In this document: piece by piece, positions 1-7,806 of the stretch | Numbering within the stretch: position 1 is the first letter of the stretch | How the letters are laid out: each line of letters begins with the position of its first letter | Assembly (NCBI GenBank): GCA_041562555.1 | Contig: JBFEXS010000016.1 | Location: forward strand, 1 to 28,973 | DNA from: Sulfurimonadaceae bacterium | GTDB lineage: Bacteria > Campylobacterota > Campylobacteria > Campylobacterales > Sulfurimonadaceae | Reading direction: 5' to 3' | DNA: 28,973 nucleotides | Position numbers and translations under genes: made by a program | The notes under the pieces: model-generated | The model's input: only the letters and a program-made list of their open reading frames with translations | What the model was told of the DNA's origin: nothing | Databases searched by the model: none

Positions 1-1685
1 CTCCACGCTTCGGGACGCACCATCATCCCCATTACCATCTGATCAGCCGTAAGACCTGCGATCGTCGAGCCGCGCACCTTGTTGATGATCTCTACGTTCA
101 GGGTATTGAGTGGTTTCATACGTCCTGAACTGTCCTGTGTAATCAGCTTTCCAAATCTGCTTGCATGTTCCTTGTCAAAAGAGGTAATAGTCTTGATAAG
201 AGGATTGATCTCTTCAGCCTTGCCATCCTGCACGCCTACCAAGAGGGTCAATGCCAGTAGGACAGAAGCCATGGCATTACGCTGCTCGGCATACCCACGG
301 CCCTTATTCATCAATTTTCTAAAACGCCCGTTTGGAGTGAAGAATGAAGCGAACATCCCGATCGCAAGGAGCGTATATCCGATATACGTCGGCAAGGTCC
401 CCGGATCATTGTTCACTGAAAGGATAGTCCCTTTTTCATCTTGGTCATATGAAGACTGAAAGAACCTGAAGTTTTGATAATCAAGAATATGGTTCATATA
501 AATCCTGAAATCCATGTTGATATTTTCGCTTGGATCAATCAACGTCACCTCTGAAGCGTACGAAGACGGACTCATCGATCCCGGATATCGGTCAAGCTGA
601 AAATCTCGCAGCTTTAATGAAAACGGAAGTCGCTTGATGACTGCACCATAGGAGAGCTCGACCTTCATCCCATCAAATTTAGCCACCTTTTCATATCCTA
701 CGACACCTGATCGACCGATAATCACAAGTTCCCTGCTTTCACCCTTATAGGTTACGTTCATACGTAGGGCATCTTGAAGACGGTTACGGCTTCCTTTGAC
801 CTCTTGGGAGACGAGCTTCTCACTCACCTTTTCCAGAATGCTTTTCAACACAAAGTTAGTCTCTGGTGTTTGATACAATGTACGCGTTTTGAGTTCATTC
901 CCCTCACCTGCACTGACACTTCCGCCACTCTTGGTTCCCATGTCCAGGGTAACAAACTCAAGAGGATTGTCCATAAGAAGCTTTCCATCTTCATAGCGAA
1001 TATCGATGATCTTTTTATCCGTATGCACCTCAGCACCAAAATTAAAGACGACATCACTTGATTCGATATACTCCCCTTCTTTGAGCTTCATCGATTTACC
1101 CTGTCCACCCATGCTGATCATCATATCCAGGATCGTCTTACCGTTTTCCTTGTCTTCAACAAGTTCATACGAAGCATTCGGGATATACTCTACCAAGGAG
1201 ATATTGACATTCTCACCGTTAACATCCACATCCTCATCAATATGATTTTCACTCAATTCCGAAAGGATGACTACTTTTTTATACTCACTTCTTTTCCCGT
1301 TTTGATCAAAAAGTGCTTGTATATATGTCTCACGGGAAGTGATGCGATTCTCCGTCTCACCCTCACGTATATGCATACTCCCCTCATAACCGACAAAGCG
1401 GGTGATGATTGCACCCACAAGGATGATCAAAAAAGATCCGTGAAACAAAACGATGTTCCATTTTTTCACACTAAACATGGCATGTTTGATCATAGAGGTC
1501 AGTAAATTGACCGCCAACAAGAGTAAAAGGAACTCAAACCAACGGGCACTGTACACTTCAGCCTGTGCCGTTTGCGTACTAAAATCACTTTCAATAAAGG
1601 TCGCTACACCGATTGCTACGGCAAAGATTGTTAATAAGACAGCCGTCAATTTCATTGATGATATCAAATCAAATAGTTTTTTCAT
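1..1685 (-). CDS. ccsBA: Cytochrome c biogenesis system II fused CcsBA (ResB/CcsA, NrfI-like) protein, N-terminal part; continues off the left edge
   Basis: Absent from the ORF track because it has no stop in the window. Translated by hand from ATG at 1685: MKKLFDLISSMKLTAVLLTIFAVAIGVATFIESDFSTQTAQAEVYSARWFE...LFHGSFLIILVGAIITRFVGYEGSMHIREG...SSYASEVTLID...FRIYMNHILDYQNFRFFQSSYDQDEKGTILSVNNDPG. The same frame reads AGLTADQMVMGMMVRPEAW at the left edge. These are Campylobacterota CcsBA motifs. Confidence 0.9.
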   Translation of the reverse strand, partial: MKKLFDLISSMKLTAVLLTIFAVAIGVATFIESDFSTQTAQAEVYSARWFEFLLLLLAVNLLTSMIKHAMFSVKKWNIVLFHGSFLIILVGAIITRFVGYEGSMHIREGETENRITSRETYIQALFDQNGKRSEYKKVVILSELSENHIDEDVDVNGENVNISLVEYIPNASYELVEDKENGKTILDMMISMGGQGKSMKLKEGEYIESSDVVFNFGAEVHTDKKIIDIRYEDGKLLMDNPLEFVTLDMGTKSGGSVSAGEGNELKTRTLYQTPETNFVLKSILEKVSEKLVSQEVKGSRNRLQDALRMNVTYKGESRELVIIGRSGVVGYEKVAKFDGMKVELSYGAVIKRLPFSLKLRDFQLDRYPGSMSPSSYASEVTLIDPSENINMDFRIYMNHILDYQNFRFFQSSYDQDEKGTILSVNNDPGTLPTYIGYTLLAIGMFASFFTPNGRFRKLMNKGRGYAEQRNAMASVLLALTLLVGVQDGKAEEINPLIKTITSFDKEHASRFGKLITQDSSGRMKPLNTLNVEIINKVRGSTIAGLTADQMVMGMMVRPEAW

Positions 1686-1748
1686 ATTTTTCTCACTTTT
1701 ATAAATTGTTGTATTTTAGCCTGCTAAGGTTAAGATAATGTTACAAGC

Positions 1749-4454
1749 CTACTTTAGTTCGGACCAGTTTTTACCTATGTTTACAGAGGAACGAAGCGGA
1801 ACATTGAGCGTATATATCCCTTCCATTATTCCTCTGAATTTTTCGGCAAGACTTTGTGCTTCATCCTCATCCACCTCAAAAATCAGTTCATCATGTATTT
1901 GGAGCAAGATTCTGGCATGCAGATGTTCTTTTTTTATCACCTGCGATATTGAATTCATCGATAGTTTGATAAGATCTGCTGCAGACCCCTGGAAAACGGT
2001 GTTCACCGATTCACGTTCATACGCTGCCTTCATCATCGGTGGCGCTGACTCAAAATTGAAGTAACGACGACGTTTTAGGAGTGTCTCAACATATCCTGCT
2101 TCCTTTGCGCCATCCGCTATTGAGCGTAAAAATGTCTTTACTGTCGGAAAGTTTTCAAAATAGGCTTCAATAATCTCCTTTGCCTCTTTCGTAGAGACTC
2201 CAATATCCACGGATAACTTCTTAGGGCCCATCCCATATAATAGTCCAAAGTTTACGGTCTTGGCAATATGACGTTTACTGTCAGCTTCCTCTTCACCAAA
2301 AAGAGCTACGGCCGTCTGTCTATGGATATCCTTATCCATTGCAAACGCATCCATAAGCGTTGTGTCCTCAGAGAAGTGTGCCAACAGTCGCAGTTCGATT
2401 TGAGAATAATCTATCCCGATCAGAGATTTTCCTTTGGAAGCGATAAAAGCCTTCCGGATCTTCGCACCCATCGGTGAACGTACAGGGATGTTTTGAAGGT
2501 TGGGGTTTTTGGAACTCAAACGTCCCGTAGCCGTTCCGGTTTGTAAGAAAGAGGTGTGGATACGTCTATCCTCATGCTCAAGACCCAGCGATAACAGGGG
2601 ATCTATATAGGTAGAATAGAGCTTAAACACTTCTCGATATTCCAAAAGTGCAGGGATGATCTCATGTTTGTCATACAGACTGTTCAGCACTTTTTCATCC
2701 GTCGAATACCCTGTCTTGGTCTTTTTACCTACAGGCAGACCCAAGGTTTCAAACAGTACTACTCCCAACTGTTTGGTGGAGTTAATATTAAACTCTCCTC
2801 CTGCAAGGGCATATATCCTTTGGCGAAGCTCTCCCAAAAGAACTTCTGTCTCTTCCTTGAAGCTTTCAAGGAAATCGGTGTCGACCTTTATCCCTTCATC
2901 TTCCATCTCGATAAGCGTCTGAATAAAAGGATATTCTACTTCCTCTGCCTCTTTGATAAGGTGTTCTGCACCCTGAAGTTTCAATTGTTCTTCAAGCTTC
3001 GAATAAAGTTTGAAGGTAATCAGGGCATCTTCTGCTGCATAATTGGCTGCATCTTCCAGGTTCACTGAAGAGAAGTTCTCTCCTTTTTTTACCGTATCTT
3101 TATAAGAGATCATTTTATGTTTGAAATAGAGTTCAGAAAGCTTATCCAGTCCTACCGGCTTCTCGGAATTTACAAGCCAGGCCAGAAGCATCGTATCCGC
3201 ATACGGTCGATAGGACTTGATACCAAGATAAGGACAGATAAACTTCAGGTCGAACTTTAAATTGTGCCCTATCACCTTGAACTCCAGAAGCGCTCGTAAT
3301 GCTCTGACCCCGATCTCTTTATTGATCTGATCACCTACCCCCAGATAGGTATGTGCAAGCGGCACATAGTATCCTCTCTCTTGCTCAAACGAGAAACTGA
3401 ATCCTACCAAGGTATCCTTGCTTGCATCCAACCCTGTCGTTTCCGTATCGACTGCGACAACACTCTCTTTTGGAATCTTATTGATGGTATCAAACAACTT
3501 GGCCTCAGTGTCAAGAAGCACATATTCAAAACTATGTTGGGGCGTTTCACTCTTCTTACTTACATTTGTGCTCGGCTGAATGTCTGAAATCATCCCCTTT
3601 GCCTTTAATTGTCGCAAGATCCCATTCAGCTCATACTTGTGAAGGTCGTCCACTATGCCCAAAAACGGATTCGTTTCAGGAAGGATGAAGTCATGCAGAT
3701 CAAGGGATTCAAAAACATCATCTACCAGTGTCACAAGTTTTTGAGAACGCCAAGCATCGGCTTCAAAATCACGAAGTTTCTTCTGTACTCCCGCAGGCTT
3801 GACCTCATCGATGTTATCATAGATACCCTGTAAGGTGTCAAACTGTGCCAGTAACTTTTGTGCGGTCACTTTCCCCACACCTTTGACACCGGGAACATTG
3901 TCTGCGCTGTCTCCCAGAAGGGATTGGTAATCCGTAAACTGATCAGGTCGGATACCGTATTTCTCAATACAGGCTGCTTCATCGACACTTTTACGTTTGA
4001 TTGCATCAACTACGACCACTTTCCCGTCATCTATCATCTGATACAAGTCTTTATCATGGGAGACGATCCGTACATTCATCCCTTCCTTTGTCGCTAGTTT
4101 TGTGACGGAAGCGATCATGTCATCTGCTTCATATCCGGACTTGGAGATAGTGGCAAACCCCATCTTTTCGACCCACTCTATTGCGATGGGAAGCTGCATG
4201 ACAAGCTCTTCGGGAGGGGCTTGTCTGTTTGCCTTGTATTCAGGGTCGATCTCATTTCTGAACGTAGGCCCCTTCGTATCGAGAGCGAAGACGATCAGGT
4301 CTGTATTATGATCCTTTTCCACACTGGCGATGAAGTTGGTAAATCCCGTCAATAAACCGGTGGGAAATCCCTCTGCATTTTTCAAAGGTGGAAGTGCGTA
4401 AAAACTACGAAAAAGAAATCCAAAAGTGTCGATGATAGTAATAGTCTTGGCCAA
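1749..4454 (-). CDS. polA: DNA polymerase I (5'-3' exonuclease, 3'-5' exonuclease and polymerase domains)
   Basis: 901 aa. Motifs EADD, GDSADNVPGVKGVG, DTETTG (ExoI), TATGRLSS.PNLQNIP, DYSQIELR (motif A), KTVNFGLLYG (motif B), QIHDEL (motif C). TTG start with AGGA upstream. Confidence 0.98.
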   Translation of the reverse strand: MAKTITIIDTFGFLFRSFYALPPLKNAEGFPTGLLTGFTNFIASVEKDHNTDLIVFALDTKGPTFRNEIDPEYKANRQAPPEELVMQLPIAIEWVEKMGFATISKSGYEADDMIASVTKLATKEGMNVRIVSHDKDLYQMIDDGKVVVVDAIKRKSVDEAACIEKYGIRPDQFTDYQSLLGDSADNVPGVKGVGKVTAQKLLAQFDTLQGIYDNIDEVKPAGVQKKLRDFEADAWRSQKLVTLVDDVFESLDLHDFILPETNPFLGIVDDLHKYELNGILRQLKAKGMISDIQPSTNVSKKSETPQHSFEYVLLDTEAKLFDTINKIPKESVVAVDTETTGLDASKDTLVGFSFSFEQERGYYVPLAHTYLGVGDQINKEIGVRALRALLEFKVIGHNLKFDLKFICPYLGIKSYRPYADTMLLAWLVNSEKPVGLDKLSELYFKHKMISYKDTVKKGENFSSVNLEDAANYAAEDALITFKLYSKLEEQLKLQGAEHLIKEAEEVEYPFIQTLIEMEDEGIKVDTDFLESFKEETEVLLGELRQRIYALAGGEFNINSTKQLGVVLFETLGLPVGKKTKTGYSTDEKVLNSLYDKHEIIPALLEYREVFKLYSTYIDPLLSLGLEHEDRRIHTSFLQTGTATGRLSSKNPNLQNIPVRSPMGAKIRKAFIASKGKSLIGIDYSQIELRLLAHFSEDTTLMDAFAMDKDIHRQTAVALFGEEEADSKRHIAKTVNFGLLYGMGPKKLSVDIGVSTKEAKEIIEAYFENFPTVKTFLRSIADGAKEAGYVETLLKRRRYFNFESAPPMMKAAYERESVNTVFQGSAADLIKLSMNSISQVIKKEHLHARILLQIHDELIFEVDEDEAQSLAEKFRGIMEGIYTLNVPLRSSVNIGKNWSELK

Positions 4455-4595
4455 AAGAAGTTCCTAAAATAAAATTCTCCTAGTATAGTTTGCAAAGACA
4501 AAAAGTTTGATGAAGTCACCTCAAAGCAAACAACTTTCTGCCCAGATGTTACGTACTCAATTCACTTCTTAATGAACCTGAATGGATTAAACCGT

Positions 4596-4601
4596 TACAA
4601 T
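4596..4601 (+). promoter_or_regulatory. Sigma70 -10 box (gtTACAAT) 8 nt before ATG 4610; probable leaderless promoter
   Basis: accgtTACAATttcatatcATG; no Shine-Dalgarno in the spacer. Confidence 0.5.
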
Positions 4602-4609
4602 TTCATATC

Positions 4610-5113
4610 ATGGACACACTTAAATATCTTTCCCACTACTCAGCACAGACACAGACTCACGTGCGTACACTCATCGGACACGGGAAACTGGAATCTTATC
4701 TTCTGCACAAATACCCGCAGGCCCATGACGTCAAGACGGACAAAGCACTTTTTAACTACATCCTGGAATATAAGAACAGCCATATGAAGAAGTCTCCTCC
4801 CCTGAGTAAAGCTTTGTATGACGGAAAGATCAATGTGATCCATAATGCTCTGGGAACCCATCGTTTTGTCTCAAGGGTACAAGGCGGAAAACTCAAGGCA
4901 AAGAATGAGATACGGATTGCTTCGATGTTCAAGAGCGTCCCTGAAGAGTTTTTACGTATGATCGTTGTACATGAACTGGCTCATTTCAAGGAAAAAGATC
5001 ATAACAAGGCCTTCTATAAACTTTGTGAACATATGGAACCGGCCTATCATCAACTCGAATTTGACCTTAGACTTTACCTCACGCAAATGGATATTGCAAG
5101 AAAACTCTATTAG
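4610..5113 (+). CDS. YgjP-like (DUF45 / M48-type) metal-dependent hydrolase
   Basis: 167 aa. VVHELAHFKEKDHNKAFY zinc-binding motif; SRVQGGKLKAKNEIRIA is typical of short YgjP-like proteins. Confidence 0.85.
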   Translation: MDTLKYLSHYSAQTQTHVRTLIGHGKLESYLLHKYPQAHDVKTDKALFNYILEYKNSHMKKSPPLSKALYDGKINVIHNALGTHRFVSRVQGGKLKAKNEIRIASMFKSVPEEFLRMIVVHELAHFKEKDHNKAFYKLCEHMEPAYHQLEFDLRLYLTQMDIARKLY

Positions 5114-5115
5114 GC

Positions 5116-5121
5116 TATAAT
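5116..5121 (+). promoter_or_regulatory. Sigma70 -10 box (gcTATAAT) 7 nt before ATG 5129; probable leaderless promoter
   Basis: taggcTATAATctgaagtATG. Confidence 0.6.
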
Positions 5122-5128
5122 CTGAAGT

Positions 5129-5620
5129 ATGAGATGGCTACTATTATTTTCTTTTGTACTGTTCATACCGAGTCTTGCCGATGAACCGCACCCGAATGAG
5201 CACGAGCTCTATCTGACAAGCTATCTACAGTCCTTTCATTTTACCCGGAACAGTCATACAAAGGAAGAGTTCAATGATCGCCACAAGGCCTATGGACTGG
5301 AATATATCTATGATGATCAATTTTCCCTTACCTATAACCATTTTGTCAATTCCCGATACAGAGATACCGACGTGTATGCTTTGGGATACTTGTTGCATTT
5401 CAACGATGCCCTTGGTCTGCAACTCATGGGCGGATATCAGCAAGGGTACTGCTTTGACGGTCTGCTTAACTCTGTAGAATGTACCCCGGGAAAAACAGAC
5501 GGAAGTGCTTTTGTCCTGCCCCTATTGTACTACAAACACAAATACTTCAAACTTGATTTCTTCACTAATTCGGATATGATCGCCTTTCGCTTGAATATCA
5601 AGATATACGACCTCTTTTAA
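5129..5620 (+). CDS. Exported hypothetical protein, probable small outer-membrane beta-barrel (PagP-like motif pattern)
   Basis: 163 aa. Signal peptide ending SLA-D, alternating aromatic/hydrophobic strands, C-terminal Phe, SFH...FND...YG...FVNS...GY pattern. Confidence 0.6.
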   Translation: MRWLLLFSFVLFIPSLADEPHPNEHELYLTSYLQSFHFTRNSHTKEEFNDRHKAYGLEYIYDDQFSLTYNHFVNSRYRDTDVYALGYLLHFNDALGLQLMGGYQQGYCFDGLLNSVECTPGKTDGSAFVLPLLYYKHKYFKLDFFTNSDMIAFRLNIKIYDLF

Positions 5621-5626
5621 ACTCGC

Positions 5627-5632
5627 TATAAT
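5627..5632 (+). promoter_or_regulatory. Sigma70 -10 box (gcTATAAT) 7 nt before ATG 5640; probable leaderless promoter
   Basis: actcgcTATAATtccagacATG; no Shine-Dalgarno. Confidence 0.6.
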
Positions 5633-5639
5633 TCCAGAC

Positions 5640-6893
5640 ATGAACACTTATGATGATAAATTCAACGCTTCCATACAATCTACGTATTATCACAAACTCT
5701 CATCTGACCAGCAGACTTTTATCAGAACAAAGGCGTATGAACACAAGCTCTCTTTTCAACAACTCAGACGCATAATCGAAATGGCGAATGACCTACAGAT
5801 GTGGGGAGAAAAAGACCTTAGCCAGTTATGGCCGGAACATATGCATTCAAAGGTGATCTTGCAACGCCTTACAAAAGCCTATGATGAAATTAAAAACAGA
5901 CCAAAATCCTATAACGGTTTTGATCCTTCGATCTTGCGATCTGAACAAAAGTTCACCTTTCACACACAGGAAAAAGAGGGCTTTGGACTAGGAATGTGTC
6001 CTGTCGCTTCTGAACAGACACGGTGCTGTAATCTTATGACACTCGATGCCGTCGAAAGCTGCGGGTTCGACTGTTCCTACTGTACGATACAATCCTTTTA
6101 CAAGCAGGACAAGATCACCTTCGATTCGGGCTTCAAAGAAAAACTCCTAAATCTTCAACTCGACCCAAACAAGAGTTACCACATCGGTACAGGACAGTCT
6201 TCTGACTCATTGATGTGGGGGAACAAAGAGGGGGTATTGGATGCACTTTTTGCATTTGCAAAGGCAAATCAAAACGTCATCTTGGAATTCAAGACAAAAT
6301 CGGACAATATCAAATATTTTCTCGAAAACGAGGTACCAAGGAATATTATTTGTACCTGGTCCCTTAACACCCCGACCATCATAAAGAACGAAGAGCACCT
6401 CGCAGCCAGTTTGGACAAACGCATCGGTGCTGCCCGCGCCTTGGCAGACAAGGGTGTTGTCGTCGGTTTTCATTTTCATCCCATCGTCGAGTATGAAAAC
6501 TATTTAAACGAGTACAAAGAGGTCTATGACACCTTGATCGCAAGCTTCAGACCCGAGGAAGTCGCCCTTGTCTCTATGGGCACCCTTACCTTTATCAAAC
6601 CTGTCATCCAAAAATTACGGGAGCGAAACTTCAAATCCAAAATATTGCAGATGCCCTTTGACGATGCCGCCGGAAAAGCTTCCTACCCCCTTGACATTAA
6701 AGAGGAGATGTTTAAACATGCCTATACAAGCTTTGCACCTTGGCATGACAAGGTCTTTTTTTACCTCTGTATGGAAGATCATTCCTTATGGAAAAAATGC
6801 TTTGGATTTGAATACAACACCAATGCCGACATGGAAAGGGCCATGGTAAGTTCATACTGTAAAAAAGTCGGGGTGGATTATATCTATAGTTGA
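5640..6893 (+). CDS. Radical SAM protein, spore photoproduct lyase (SplB)-like family
   Basis: 417 aa. CGFDCSYC (CxxxCxxC), GQSSDSL, LEFKTKS, WSLN, E...ASLDKRI.AA, GFHFHPI and YLCME motifs match SPL-like proteins; about 100 aa N-terminal extension. Confidence 0.85.
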   Translation: MNTYDDKFNASIQSTYYHKLSSDQQTFIRTKAYEHKLSFQQLRRIIEMANDLQMWGEKDLSQLWPEHMHSKVILQRLTKAYDEIKNRPKSYNGFDPSILRSEQKFTFHTQEKEGFGLGMCPVASEQTRCCNLMTLDAVESCGFDCSYCTIQSFYKQDKITFDSGFKEKLLNLQLDPNKSYHIGTGQSSDSLMWGNKEGVLDALFAFAKANQNVILEFKTKSDNIKYFLENEVPRNIICTWSLNTPTIIKNEEHLAASLDKRIGAARALADKGVVVGFHFHPIVEYENYLNEYKEVYDTLIASFRPEEVALVSMGTLTFIKPVIQKLRERNFKSKILQMPFDDAAGKASYPLDIKEEMFKHAYTSFAPWHDKVFFYLCMEDHSLWKKCFGFEYNTNADMERAMVSSYCKKVGVDYIYS

Positions 6894-6915
6894 TCGCCCA
6901 AAGGGCTGGGGAGGT

Positions 6916-7743
6916 TTAATAGTCTGCGACGATACCCAGTTGATCCATGACATTATCAACGATGTCTTCAAGCATCTCATGATCATATCCTGCATCATGT
7001 GCCTTTCTCAGGCCAAAAGTGATCGACTGGTCTGAGAACGGCGCATTCACCGGCACGATTGTCTTGACGATGTTCAGTGCAGTCGCATACTCCTTGATCT
7101 CTTCCGGAGCCTTTTGATAGGTATCTGAAAAACGGATCATGTCCACAAAGGTCTCATCGAACTTCCAATGTTCAAAGATCGCAGCTGTCACGGTAGCTGT
7201 CGTCTCTTCTACGTATGAAAACTCAACCTGAGGGATATTATTCGTAGTTTCAATCTCCGATTTGAAGTTATACAGCAGATCTTCTTTGATAATATCCGAA
7301 GCGATGATAATCTTTCCTGTCTCTTGAAGAAAAGTGGCCAGAAAAAGATTCTCCATCTTTTTCCTATCGATTTTTGAATACCAGTTATGCATTAAGACTG
7401 CCTGCTGGTTTGAGACGTCTGCAAACTTTTCCGAACTGATACCGTAGGGCTCCATATCCACGTTCAAAAGCTTTCTTACCGAGTTTCCTATAGCGATAGA
7501 ACGTGTCATACTCATACCAAATAACGAAACAGCCTGTGCAACACTCTTGATCTCTTTACCAAAACAATAGAGTGGGGAATTTGCTGCCTTTAGAAGATTG
7601 GCAACGATCATAGGGTCTTTTTCGACAACACCTACAAGATCATTGATTGCAGCATCCGGATCTGCACAAACCTGCTGCATCTCGACAATAGTCTTAGGGA
7701 GTGCAGGAAGCGATTTAATACTTTCGACAAGGGACGATTTCAT
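6916..7743 (-). CDS. Stand-alone HDOD-domain protein (Cj0248-like)
   Basis: LPALP, DPMIVANLLKAANSPLY, AVSLFG and FEHWKF motifs. Start placed at ATG 7743 (AGGTG 9 nt upstream, tggTACAAT -10 at 7790-7795) rather than GTG 7755. Confidence 0.88.
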   Translation of the reverse strand: MKSSLVESIKSLPALPKTIVEMQQVCADPDAAINDLVGVVEKDPMIVANLLKAANSPLYCFGKEIKSVAQAVSLFGMSMTRSIAIGNSVRKLLNVDMEPYGISSEKFADVSNQQAVLMHNWYSKIDRKKMENLFLATFLQETGKIIIASDIIKEDLLYNFKSEIETTNNIPQVEFSYVEETTATVTAAIFEHWKFDETFVDMIRFSDTYQKAPEEIKEYATALNIVKTIVPVNAPFSDQSITFGLRKAHDAGYDHEMLEDIVDNVMDQLGIVADY

Positions 7744-7806
7744 TGTATAGTTCACCTATTAACTAATAATTTTTATTTTCATTGCAGTTATTGTACCACT
7801 ACTTCT

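Noticed and set aside
6894..6915. GCCC-AAA-GGGC hairpin between the convergent SPL-like and HDOD genes
   Set aside because: The 4-bp stem with no U tract is too weak to call a terminator.
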